The notes under the pieces: model-generated
Databases searched by the model: none
Seen by the model: the letters and a program-made list of their open reading frames with translations, nothing else
What the model was told of the DNA's origin: nothing
Made by a program: the position numbers and the translations under genes
NCBI RefSeq assembly: GCF_009914755.1
Contig: NC_060943.1
Source of the DNA: the human T2T-CHM13v2.0 reference genome, Homo sapiens
Direction: 5' to 3' (one strand)
Length of the DNA stretch: 64,000 nucleotides
Shown: positions 35,770 to 52,344 of the stretch, one piece after another
Layout of the letters: every line of letters begins with the position of its first letter
How positions within the stretch are numbered: position 1 is the first letter of the stretch

Positions 35770-37032
35770 TCTCCCGGAAGTAATGCCAGATGATCCGTCT
35801 GCCGCGCCTGCGCGGCGGGAAGAGCCGGAGCGCGTTGATGTGGTTGCCGAGACAACCAAGAGGGTGGCCGGATTTAACGGCTGGGGATTAAGCACTTTCA
35901 CCGTTGTAAGGGAAATCTCGCGCACGCGCAATGGGGACTGAAACCTGGTCCCCGCAACCCCCTTCACGGGAGCAGTGGGAGAGCGCGCCACAGAACGACT
36001 TTTACGCAGGCGCAGAAGCCTGTTTCCCCTCACCCGTGGCTTCCACCCTGCGCAGGCGCAAAAAGCCGCGCTGGCAACCTCCGCAGCGGTCGCGCGCACC
36101 CTTCACCCCTCTTGCTGCTTTTGTCTGGCACAACCTTCTCAGGCCCTCCGCGAGGCCGGCCCTTTTTTTCTTTCACTTTCCCCACCCGGAGAGCCAGGTG
36201 CCGAGAACTAGGACCTCGTCCCCTTCTCTATCCCTTCCCCTGATCCATCTCGTCTCTGTTCTCCTTCCCTTTTCCGTTCCCGAAGCCGGAAGGAGCCGAG
36301 GTACCCACGGAAAAAGTCGAAGCTGTCCCCGGAGAGTGAGGCCTTCACGAAGCGGTGGCGGAAGGAGCCGAAGTTCTCTGATCGGAGGCGTGAGCAAGTG
36401 GCATCTCCGGAAAGAGCCGAAACACGGACTCGAGCTTAATCCCAGGAGGGGCCCGAGGGCGAGATCCGGAAATCTCCGGAAAGAGCCGAAGGCCGGGACG
36501 GTTAGGATTGTCGGAAGTGGCCGATTGCTTGGACAGGGCCGGCGGAGAAGATCGGAGCAAGTCCGTGGAAGAAGCCAAAGACTGGGACGGATTGAATTGT
36601 TGGAAGAACCCGAACTCGCAGAGGGGACTGGGCGCAGTGGCACACGAGGACACACGGAAACCTCCGAACGTTGAGGAGATAATCTCGGAAAAGTTACGGA
36701 AACCTGGGAAGTCGGCGAAACCCTACGTTCGGGTGTTTTCGGAAGCAGCCGAAGCGGCCGCCTGCTTCGCCTTCGTCCAGTATCCGGAGATAGCCGAGGC
36801 GCTTCGGAGCCAGGCTCGGGGGGAGGGGCAAGCTCGCGGGCGGGCGGGCGGGTGAGGGGGCGGAGCCCGGGCGGGGCGGGGAGGGCTGCCGGAGGCTTGA
36901 TTAGGTAGGAGGTGGCGAAGCGCCGGCGGCGGCCGGAAGTAGCCGAAGCCAGCGGCGGAAGTAGCCGAAGCGGCTGGAGCGGGCGGCAAGGCGAGGCGAA
37001 AGCTGCACAGGGCCCTACGCGGCCGCCTCAGC
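35770..37032 (+). promoter_or_regulatory. U2AF2: U2AF2 CpG-island promoter / 5' UTR
   Basis: NRF1-like GCGCANGCGC sites (~35804-36060), many CGGAAG ETS cores, GC boxes. Confidence 0.85.
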
Positions 37033-37081
37033 ATGTCGGACTTCGACGAGTTCGAGCGGCAGCTCAACGAGAATAAACAAG
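37033..37081 (+). CDS. U2AF2: U2AF2 (U2AF65) exon 1
   Basis: MSDFDEFERQLNENKQ; G|gtgagg donor. Confidence 0.97.
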
Positions 37082-40000
37082 GTGAGGGCACCGGGGTCGC
37101 GGGGCGGAGGTGTGGGCGGCTCCTCGCGTCGCTCTTTGCCCCCCCGCCATTTTCTCCCTCGCTTCCCCCCACTTCACGGCCGCGCGGCGCCCCCCAACCC
37201 TGGTTCCGTGGCGCGCGCCTCGTTCACGTGACGTCCCCAGCGTTCCGCCGCGCGCTAGGCGAGGGGAAGGGGGCGGCGGGGCGCGGGCCCGTGACGCATG
37301 CGCACGGCGGCTGTCCCTGCGCCCCACGTGGTCCTGGCGGAGGTGGCGCGGGGGACGCGGCACGAGCGCGCCAGATGCCTCGACGTGAACTTTTGTTTTT
37401 TAAAATCTTTTTGGTTTCTCTGAAAAGGAGATTATGTTAGGCCCCGTAATCTCTTTTCTCCCGCTGCCTTGGCACTTCCGCTTCCGGTCGGGCCCACGGC
37501 AGCGTCTCCACGCCCCCTTTGTTTCCAAAATGGCGGTTGTGAGAACTTGGTGGGGGGGCCCCTTTCCTTCCTTCACGTGGATGAGGGCAGAGCCGTTTCG
37601 GCGGATGCTTGGAGGCCACGGGCCCCTCGCGTACCCCTTTTCCTTTTTGCTGATTTGCTCTGATCTCTCCCGCCAGGTGGTTTCTGCCCCGTCTGTTGGT
37701 AGTGGGGCGCCTCATATTAACGTGTTTGGCACATGTTGCCTAAAAGCATCTGCATTCTTTGAGTGTCCGCACGCACACATCCTGCATATGCGGGGCTTTT
37801 GGCGGTCCCGAGAATCGCGATATGGAGTGTTTGAGACAAACCTCAAATCATTTACAATCCCAATCTCAGGGCACCTGATAATACTCAGTCTCAGATCTCA
37901 ATATAGAGATAAGAAAACAGGTTCTGAGGGAGGAAGAGGGATCTGGCCCACTGCGCTAAACTCTTCACTTACGGGGAAGGTGGGAGGCAGGTTCCCTTCA
38001 GGGTATCGAAAATTGTGATGGGTTAGAACAAAAAGCCTGGGGCCCTGATCTTAGGGATTCCAATAATATTAGAAGTGGGAGAGTTGTTAAGACGCTTTAA
38101 AAATCCTCCGTGTTTCAGTTTGTGAAGAAATACAGGACCAGGGAAGATTGGAGACTTGTTTCTTTTCAGGCTTCAGCTGCCCATGTTCCTAGCTCGTTCG
38201 GAGGACGAAATGAGGGCTGAGGAATTTTCCTTTGAACCCGGGCTAGAGTTGGGTAGGGGCTGTATTAGGAAACAGTGTCCTGGGGAAGCAATAACGTTTA
38301 CTGAGGGTCTGACTCTGTCTTAGTTGATGGACTGCTCAAGAGCATAGGCTTTGGAGTTGAGCACATCAGGAAGTTTAGATACCTGCTTTGTCGTTTAGTA
38401 ACTGCTTTTAATACGTTTATATATTTTTTTCCATTTGTAGACTGATTATTATTTTCTTGTTACCGGATTTTGAGAAGATTAAAAAGGATGATAGTAACGA
38501 TAGATGTAGTTAAACTCTGAGCGCTTACCGTGTGCCAGGCTCTTCGCTAAACTCTTAGCATGTTTTACTAAGTGGATCCTTTTAACAGCCTTGTGAGGCC
38601 AAAATGATTTCCACCTCTACTGGGGAGGAAACTGAGGGCTCAGAAAAGTTAAAAACTTTCTCAGGGCTCAGCTAGTCAGAGGCAGAGCTGAGATTAAATG
38701 GGGTAACATGTAAAGTGTGTGGCATGTGGCTTTGCGTACACTAGGTGTGCAGTAAGCGATATTTGCAATTGTAAAATTCCATGCTTAGAGAGGAGGGTCT
38801 TCCGCTCACAGAGATTGTGTCAGAGTTGGGAAAGGGCAGGAAAAGGTGCTTTCCAAATGTCATTCTGCCACACAACACCTGGATGGAGTAGATACGACCC
38901 TCGTTTAAAGAGAAAACCAAGTCTTAAAGGCTAAGTTGCTTTTGCATGGTTTTTGTTGTTCATAAGCAGAAAAGCAGGTACTGATTCTGAGCTCTGGCTG
39001 CAAGGCCAAGTTCCACTCTGCTGGACCAAGTGGAGCTGATTGGGCGGTTCTTTGAGGCTCTCAGATGGTGCTTCACCGGTTCTCCTGGGGTTTCCCTTTT
39101 GGTGCTGGTAGGGCAGTCCCTGAGACCTGGCACGGCTCCTGGGTTGGCGGAGCTGCTCCCATAAGATGACCACAATACAGTGTTTTGAGCAAACGAAGCT
39201 CTCATTGTTTTTACCTGTCCAGCATCAGTGTGTGGGAGAGGGTTCTTGCCATAGGGGAAGCTCTGCCCGCGTGTCACTGCCTGTAGTCTTTGTCTCTGCG
39301 GAGGACGGGCCAGCTTCTGTACGTGTCGCCTTCTGCTTCAGTCCTTTCCTCTGCTACCTGTATCTACAGGGAATTTCCTTGTCTATATCCCAGGCACCCA
39401 GCGGGCATCATTGCTTTCTCTGCGTGGGTTCCTGTCTGCCTGCTTGCCTGTTTCAGAGCCTTAGCAGCAGAAAGGGCTCTTGGGGCTCACAGCCTGTCCA
39501 TCTTATAAGCGAGGAGCTGTGCCCAGTGCCGTGCCTGTGTGCCCGCTGCTCTACACTGCTGGCCTGTCCTGCCGATTGTTCCTCCCAATTTCAGTTTTTG
39601 ATTTTGGGGTTTTTGGCCTTCAAGGGGACAATTATATTGTCATTAATGGTTCTAGCCAGACCTGAGTGTTCTGCCTGATCCACATTCGAGAGTATGGCCT
39701 CGTGCTTAACTCACTGATGTCAGAGTGTTTAAATTCTGGTGTCACCATTTCCTAGCTGTTTGACCTTGGTAATTGTGATCTCTCTATACCTTAGTTTCCT
39801 TACCCATTATGTCAGCCCCCAGCAGTGTTTTTCCGAAGCAGTAGTGAGGATTAAGAACAAACAAAACAATTTAGTACAGATTCCGGTTGTAGGAAGCATC
39901 TCAATATTTGTTGCTGTTTTTTTCCCTGCTGGGTGCATATTTTTCTGAGTGTTGGTGGTTTTGGAATTGTGATGCTTTTCCAGACATTCACATTGCATCG

Positions 40001-41061
40001 CAAAAACGTGAGACAAAACACTGTGGGTGAGGCTGAAGTTTAACATCCTCCCTCAGTGCCCTTTCCTCCTCTTGTCCCCAGGGATGATCACTCCAGGAGA
40101 TGCGTGTTAACATATATAAGCACCTTAACGTGTGCATCTGTTTTGTGTGTGTGCTTCATGGCTAGTTGAGAAATCTGGGTGTCTTTGAATTAAGGAAATG
40201 GTGTGGCGGTGCTCATGAACCCCCCCGCCCCCCCATGCTCATGGTTTATCCTCCATCTTGAAGGGCCGGTCTCTCTTCAGGGGTTGAAGGGTCTGGTGAG
40301 AGCAGAGGTTTCTGTGGTTTTGCCAGTGAGGCTCCGTTCCTAGTGGCTACCTCAGGCAAATAGAGGGTTGAGGGAGCCTGCTGGAGGCTGGCAGAGATAC
40401 CCGCCCCTACTCACGCCTTTACAGTCTCTTCAGTACTTGGCTTTGAAGGGAGTGAGGCTGAGAGATTCAAGTGGTTTGGGATTCAAGTCTGGATGGGGCA
40501 AGCTCCTCCCCTGACCTGCTGAAGGAGAGGAGGGCCTCTTTCCCCTTCAGTCTGCAGATTCTCCGAGGCCCTTCTCTTCCCCTGGGAAGGGTGCTTGCTT
40601 CTGCATTATTCACCGGCTTGGGAAGGGATGGGTTGAGTTTCCCTGCTTCCTGGGGATATCAGATCCTGCCTGGCACCTGACCCCTAGTCCTGATGGTGGG
40701 GCTGTGGGTGCCAGCTAGTTGCAGAGGTCTTTCCTGAGGGGTCGCTGGGTCCCTTCAGGAAAACATCATTGGGTCTCTTGATTCCCCAGCCTCTAGCCCT
40801 GCCCCTCTCAGGGACGACCCTGGGGTCAGGCCCCTCAGCCCTCGAGGGGGACCAGGAGCCAGCCTCCTCTGTCTTCTCTGGCTCCCCAGCTCCTCCTGAG
40901 CATCCTCAGGTATCTTACACCCCGGGGGCATTTCCAGGCCCCGTCCCCCTGGTCCCCTCATGGTCCCTGGACTCGCCTGTGGACCCAGGAGGCCTGTTAA
41001 TTCCCTTCCTCCATTGAATCCCTTCCCTTTGGGGGTGGCCTCCCTGGGGCTTGGGACATAG

Positions 41062-41277
<216 letters not shown>

Positions 41278-42104
41278 TAGGGCTCAGGGATCCCCTGGGC
41301 CAGCCTGGGAGTCGGGGGGTCGGTGTTGGCCGACCTGTGGGTGGCCTGTGTGTGTCTGTGTCTGGGTCCGGGCCCTGTGTGGCTCGTTCGTTCTTTGTGT
41401 GGATCTGGGGGAGGGATCTACTGCTTGGTCTGTCTTGGATTCCGATTTTTTCCCCCGTTTCTGGGGTTTCTTTCATTTTCTGTCTTGGTGGTTGCTGGTG
41501 GGTTGCTGGGGGCAATAGGCTCTTTATCTGGAGCCTGGGAATTGATTCTGTGTTTTCCTTCACAAGGGGTTGTTCTCTGTCTCTGACTCTGAGGGCCTGT
41601 TCCTTCTTTTCGACTCTCTGTGGCTCTCTGTGGGACTCTCTTCGAGGGGGTTGGTCTCTGCCTCCAGTTTCTTTCTTCCCTGCCTCCCAGGAGAAGGGAG
41701 CTCTTGGGACCGAGGCAGTATCCACAGCCTGGGCTGACTTTTTGGCCCAGGGGTGTCGGTTTCCACCGCCTCTTCCCTTCTAGGCTCCCCTTTCTGTTCT
41801 CTGCCTCCTTAGGTGAGGAAGGGCAGGATAGGCGGAAGTCCTCCTGCCTCCTCCCGGCTCAGTTTCTCCAGCTAGAGACTGGTCCTTCCTGGCCCCTGGC
41901 CCCTTTCTCCTTTCCTCACTTCCTCTTTCCTGGGGGTGGGAGTGTTTGGGGGGAAATGGCAGGGCCGAGGGTGGCCTGCTTGCTGCTTGTTGACCTCGGC
42001 CCTGCTCCCACCCTGGGGCTCAGTGCCCTTGGGGGGGTGTGGCATGTGGGGAAGACGAGGGTCCCCAGTCACCCCTCCCCATACCTTTCCCTCCCACCCC
42101 CCAG

Positions 42105-42149
42105 CAAACCTTTGACCAGAGGCGCTAAAGAGGAGCACGGTGGACTGAT
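42105..42149 (+). CDS. U2AF2: U2AF2 exon 3
   Basis: KPLTRGAKEEHGGL; 45 nt. Confidence 0.95.
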
Positions 42150-42443
42150 GTGAGCTTCTCTTCCTGCCCCTTCCTCCCTGATGTCCACTCCCTTCACCTT
42201 CCTCACGCCCGTGCACCCTGTCCCGCCCATTTCCAGCCCTGGCCCAAGCACTGGGAAGAGTCCACTTACCTTGAAACCAGCACCCCTTTCCCAGGCCCTG
42301 CCCCAGACCCTCTCCTTCCCTGGAGAGAGTGGAGCTTACCTGGTTGCGGGGAGGGTGAAAGGGTGCCTGGGAGGGGGCTCGCAGGCCCACTGTTGGTCAG
42401 ACTGAGGTTGCCCTGCCCCGCTCTCCCCTCCCACCTCCCCCAG

Positions 42444-42547
42444 TCGTTCCCCCCGCCACGAGAAGAAGAAGAAGGTCCGTAAATACTGGGACGTGCCACC
42501 CCCAGGCTTTGAGCACATCACCCCAATGCAGTACAAGGCCATGCAAG
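42444..42547 (+). CDS. U2AF2: U2AF2 exon 4 (ULM that binds U2AF1)
   Basis: RSPRHEKKKKVRKYWDVPPPGFEHITPMQYKAMQ. Confidence 0.97.
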
Positions 42548-42880
42548 GTAGGCCCCTGGCCAGGCTGCTCCCAGAGCGGGAGGGTACAGGGGTTGGGATT
42601 CTCCGTCAGTCATTCCCCTGCGTGTGTGCTTGGAGGGGGTCAAAGACACAGGTAGAGGGTTGCACACCCCTGGGGGTTCTGGTCTCTGCGCTTTTGAAGC
42701 CTCCCTAGAGGAGGAAATGACCAGAGACACCCGTGGTTGACAGGGGAATGAGGCCTCCATCTGGACGCCATTAGGAAGTGAGGCTTCTGAGGAGCAGCAG
42801 TTACTGGGTGGGGGCCCCGAGGGTGGAAAGAGGGTTCTGGAAGGTGCTAAGACCGAGAGCCTGTAGGAGCTTTCTGCTGA

Positions 42881-43489
<609 letters not shown>

Positions 43490-44143
43490 TGACACGCCTC
43501 TCGTTCTCTGCCGCCTGTCCCCTATCCTCTCCCCCACGTCCCTCCCATGGTCGCTGTTCTTTTATTTTTGATCGCCCCTGACCTCCCCCTTCCCCACCAC
43601 TCCTTTTCCCTCTCCCCTCTCCCCAACCCCTTCCTGTGGCACCCCCTGAGAATCCCGAGATCAAAGAGTTGTTTCCATTTCTCTTTAAAGTGAAATATTG
43701 TGGGGCTGAGATCCCTCGTAGCAACAAAAAGTTTGCTACCATCGTCGAAGGCAAGTAAGGTCCATTCTGACTTTCTCAACCTGCACTTTGCTACATTTGA
43801 TAAACCAGCCCCCGGACTCCAGGGCCAGATTCCTCCACATCACTCTTTTCTCCTCCCCTCCCGTCCCTGCCCCTCCTCCCTACACTCCTCCTCTCCTGCC
43901 CCTGCACTCTTGACTTCCTCCTCCTCGCTCGTCTCTGTCCTGCTCTCCCTTTCTGTCCTTTGCTCGTCTCTGCCCCTGCCTGCCACTTCCTTTCTACTTT
44001 CCTGCCACTTTTCTGTCTGTCTCCACTGGGTGGCCCTTCCTGTGTGCTCTGTCTCTTCATCTCTTGTGTTTCGTGTTTTTCTTCATTTTGTGTTGTCATC
44101 ATGCTCTCTGCCTTTTCTTGAACAATCTTCTCCTTTCCCCTGA

Positions 44144-44557
<414 letters not shown>

Positions 44558-44878
44558 TGAGGTCCAGGAAACGTGTGTGATGTGAGGGCCCAGCCCTTAG
44601 GCTGATGTTGTGTGGAGCTGCCTTGTGCTGTTTCCACCAGGCCCTCTGCAGCCTCTTCTCCACCCGGTCGCTGAAGTGAGCCCTGTTATAGCATTACAGA
44701 TCTGATCCTACTTTCTGCCTTCCATTTGCTTTCTGTGTGACCTGAGAGGCCTGTTTGGCCTCTGTAGACCTCTTTGGCCTTTTCCAGACCATTCCGGCCC
44801 AGTCCTCTCTGCACTCTGGCCACACTGACCTTCCCAGAACCTACCATGCTCCTGCCTGCTTGGCTAGAGTTCTTTACA

Positions 44879-44948
44879 CCAGCTAACTGATGTTCCTAAC
44901 TAGTCTTCTGTTACCCCAGCTAACTGATGTTCCTAACTAGTCTTCTGT
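44879..44948. repeat. 33-bp direct duplication (period 37)
   Basis: ccagctaactgatgttcctaactagtcttctgt x2. Confidence 0.9.
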
Positions 44949-45490
44949 GTCTGTGTTTCTCAACTGTCGGGAAAAGGCCTTGGTTTTTGATTTTCGACTC
45001 TTGGTGGACTGATAACTCTCATGAAGTATTGTGAAGGTGTGGGCAGTGTTAGCTTACTGCAGAGATTTCTGAGCACTCCCTCTCACTGTCTGAGCACTCC
45101 CTCTCACTCTGTCCCTCTCACTCTGTCTTTGCCTCACTGCAGTCCACTTGCAGTTGCATTGCTCCGGAGATGGGCTGAAATGTCCCCCTCACCAGAAAGA
45201 CTCCAGTACTGTCATCTCCCCGTTCAACTAACCTTTCCCGTAACATCCCTTTTCAGCACTTTGTCCCTCTTCCGTGTCATCACAGCCTGCAATTGTGTGT
45301 TTGCCTCTGTGTTTGTGTTGGGTGCCTGGTGTTTTTAATGGTCGAGTGTGAGCTCCTGGCAGCAGGGACATGCGTGTCTGTTGTACTCCCAGTGCCCAGC
45401 CTGGGGCCTGGCATGTTGTATTTGTTCACATGAGTGAAAGGAAAGAGGAAATCCCAATCCTGGAACACTAGGGGCTGTACTAGTCCCTGA

Positions 45491-45682
<192 letters not shown>

Positions 45683-46530
45683 TAAGGGCCCCTTTCTCCC
45701 CCAATCCTGTTCCCATGGCCTGTCCATCCCTTCAGCCCAGCTGGAGTGGCTTAGGAAGTTGTGTAAGTACTGTGGAAGATAGGTGCCTTTTCCCTGCTTA
45801 CCCTAAGTCTCTGTGAGTGGGGTGCTCTCCTGCTGGTAGAGAAGGTGCCTAGGGCCGGGAGAATGAGCTGTCACCTGCTGAGGACACACAGCTTGTACGT
45901 GGCAGAGCCAGGATCAGACCAAAGGTGCTGGGGAAGCGAGGGGCTTGTGGCCTGGACCTCGTGCCTGCTTTGCGGCTGTGGGACCTTGGAGGGCTCAGTC
46001 TGTGCCCGTCGGGGCTGCTGTGTGTCGACGGTTGGCAGCAAAGCTGCTGCTGTGGGGTCTGGCACCTGGTTATTCACTTGTTTTTGTCTCCTAGTGTTTG
46101 CCTTGAATCTTGTGTTCTGGGCCATTCCCCATAGCTGTGTTGAACATCATCTGTAATTGGTAGGTAACATAGCAGACCAGGGGTTGGCGACCATGTCACT
46201 GTGTGTGAAAGCAGCCGGACGGTGTCTGCGTGCGTGGGCCTGGCTGTGTGCCGGCACACCTCGACACGCGTGGCTGCTGAGGTTGGGCTTTCCTGTGCTT
46301 CTCACAGGCCACAGAATGGTCTCCCTTTAGAAAGCTTGCAGGATGTGCAAAACCAGGTGATGGGCCCTGTCAGCCCACAGGCTATAGTTGGCTGACCCTT
46401 GTAGCTGATGAATGGGATTTGAGGGAGGGCTTGTCTGATGCCCTGTCAGGGTGCGGCTGTGTCTCAGGCCTGGGACATGGAGGAGGTGGGGTTCTGCTGG
46501 CGGGTACTCACTGTTCGAGGAGCCCTTTAG

Positions 46531-46939
<409 letters not shown>

Positions 46940-47093
46940 AGTGCTTTTCCATCATGGGTTTTGGTAAATTCAGCTAACCTTTTGGAGCCTGTAATATATG
47001 TTGACATGCTCCCAATCGACATGGACTTTTTACGTATGGGTGCGTTTCCCCGATCAAGCTGCAGAATGTCTTCCCCACGTCTCTTCCTGGTGA

Positions 47094-47881
<788 letters not shown>

Positions 47882-49703
47882 TAAAGATGGATGGCGGTGC
47901 AGCTGGCCTCACTGTGCAGCGCCTCCTTCCTGGGTAGGGACGTGTGGTGGGCCTTGGGGAATAGGAACCGTGGGTTATGGATCTAAGGTTGCTTCTCTTA
48001 CCAGGCTGAGGAGCTTGACTCTTCTGAAGGTGATGGGGTGCTCTGGCAGGGGCTGAGCTGAGGGCAACCCAGTGATAGTGGCTGCCGAGCTCCTCTCAGG
48101 CGCCCCCTGCACCAAGATGGCCTGGTCACCATGGGAGGGGACATTGCTCCATCTTACAGATGAGGAAAGAGCTTCGGGACAATGGGGATCCCTGCTGGGT
48201 CTTCCCCACACAGCCTCTGCTCCAGGTGTGATGCTTTGTAGATGCAGCCGTTGCAGAGGTATGGGGCCCTGTTTCCCCGCCCAACTCTTGGAACATCCCT
48301 GCCAAGCAGGGCTTGTCCTCAGTGATGAGTGGAGGAACTCAAGACTCCGAGAAGATTCCTTTGAAGTTGTTGTCATGTAACAGCGGCTGACCCCACTGAC
48401 AGTGCTCACAGTGTGTGTCTGGGCTGGGTGGGTCCTGTTGTGGGCATTGAGTCTGGCAGATGCCCGGGCCATGGGGACTGCCGTGCCTGTTCTCACGTCC
48501 TCGATTGAATCAGCACTTGGCCTGAGCTGTTCTCACACACGTGGCTCACACGATGGGCACCAGGGTTCTTCCCATTCTACAGATGAAGACACTGAGGCCC
48601 TTGGAGGCTCATATGGTACAAACAAGACTTGAACCCAAGGAGCCATGAACCCAGGGAGCCCAACTCTTGTATCCTTGGCTCTGTGTTGCTCAAGTGAGAC
48701 GGGCAGAGCCAGGGCTCGCGGCTGAGCTTCCAGTGTGACCCATTCTTCCTTGGACCCAGGCAGAGCCTGCAGCCTGCCATGCTGCCTGTGGGGAGTCACA
48801 GCTGAGTGTGGGCTCTGGAGGCTGCCTTTTTCCTGCCTGTGTGTCTTTGCTCTGTGCCTCAGTTTTTGCCTTCTGTGCTGTATGTATAGCATTGCAGTAG
48901 GAGGTTGAAAGTCTTACAGGATGCCTGGCCCATGGGGTGAGTGCCCGGTGTGTGTTCCTGCTCCCGGGCTGCTGCTACTTGTCCCTGTAGCATAGGAGCT
49001 GGGTCTCCTGGGGTCTGTGTGGCCCCAGTCTGGTGGTTGGAGCTGGCTGGGTTGGTGCTTCCAGTTCTGTGGGGGCAGCGTCATCATGGGCTGGAAGGGC
49101 TTGAGTGAGTAGGCGGGAGAGGGTGTGTGGGGGCATCTCCCCTCCTTCCATGGGCACAGCGGCTCATGCTTCTGAGGCTCTTTCCCATTTCCTGTCTTAC
49201 CTATTCCTTCCCAGCATCAGGATGGAGGTGGGATGGGGCCACTCACACTTGGTGTGGAGGCTGCAGAGGAAGGGGAGGCCATATGGCCTAGGTTTTGAAC
49301 TTGGGAGTCAGGCTGGTTGGTTACCGGGGCCTGGCATAGCTGATATCTGACAGGACGGCGTCAAGTTACATTGGCAGAGCCTGTGGGGTCTCAGGTTGAA
49401 TCATCCCACCAGCAGGCACTTGTCTGTGAGTCCAGAGTTCAGTGGATAGGGCAGGATCGAGGGCCAGTAAATTCAGCTGATAAGCCCCCACTCTGGTATG
49501 TCAGCCCTCGAAGACACTGGATCCTGCATCCCACAGTCAGCCCACAGTTCCCAGTGAGATCAGAGCAGCTAATGCTGCGGATGCTGTTCTGAGACTTCCC
49601 GGGCAGCCGCGGCTGCTCATCGTGTCGTGCCACCCCTGTGAGGGCAGTTGCACCCCTGCAGTGGCACCTGCAGTTCTGACAGGGCGTGAAGGGAAGGGAC
49701 TGA

Positions 49704-50002
<299 letters not shown>

Positions 50003-50363
50003 GGGACTGAGCTTTAATGGGAGCCTTGCCTGGGTGGCTGTCAGAGAAGGGGTGGGGTGTGTTGTGACTCACCAGTAGGTCCCGAGCCCAGGTGACCTGC
50101 CAGCATTCCACAGCAGCAGGTAGCAGATGTGGGTGTGAACTTTGTGCCTTTGGAGCGTTCTGGAGGATGTTCTAGTTTGAGGTTCCCCTGAGGCTGGGCA
50201 GATTTGGGAGACATGGTGCGTTCTCCCCGAGGAGCCTCTGTGTGCCACTGCCCAGGACCCTCACTGGTCAGATAAGGCTGGGGTGGGGTGGGCACGTGGC
50301 GACCCCTCCCTCGTCAGATCAGGCAGGAAGTGTTCTCTTTGGCAATTGAGGAGCTCGCCGTAG

Positions 50364-51781
<1,418 letters not shown>

Positions 51782-52344
51782 TGAGTGCCGCCCTCAGGCC
51801 GGGCCATGGGAGATGTTGGTGACCCTGAGGGGTTTGTGGCCCTGTGGGGGCCCAAGACCTGCAGGCGAGACAGTAGTTGGGGAATGTAGCTCTGTATCGC
51901 TGTAGAACTTGGCCCTGCTCCCCCTTATATGGCCTGGCTTGTGCAAATGGTTTTGCCTGGTCTGTGGAGTGGGGAAGAGTGCCGGGAACAGTCCCGAGAC
52001 ACCTGCTGGTGTCTCCTGTGTGCCAGGCACCCTGCCGAAGCTGTGTCTGTGCTCACCCTGAGCCCTCCCCGTAGCCCCTGAGCCCCATCGTGGAAGGAGA
52101 CAGGCACAGCGGGGGTGGCTCACACTGGCAGGTTTCAGGTTCTCGGAGTCTGATTTCAGACTCTGCTAAGTCCTGTCACCTCCAGCGCCGTGACAGGTGT
52201 AATCACCTCACCTCTCTGCCTCATGAGATGGTGGTGGTGAGGGCGTGTGACCTGCTCTTTGATCCCCTTGCTGGGTGTATGTATGGAATTCCCATCGTAC
52301 CAGGCTCTGATCTAGACGCTGAGGGTTCAGTTGTGAATAGAGGT

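Noticed and set aside
36173-36655. Minus-strand ORF with repeated FGSFRR
   Set aside because: Explained by the DNA module array in the U2AF2 promoter; no ATG context or coding evidence.
43640-43800. Possible intronic snoRNA or miRNA (hairpin, CTGA words)
   Set aside because: No convincing C box with terminal stem, no H/ACA double hairpin, and the stem is only 7 bp; splice-site architecture fits better.
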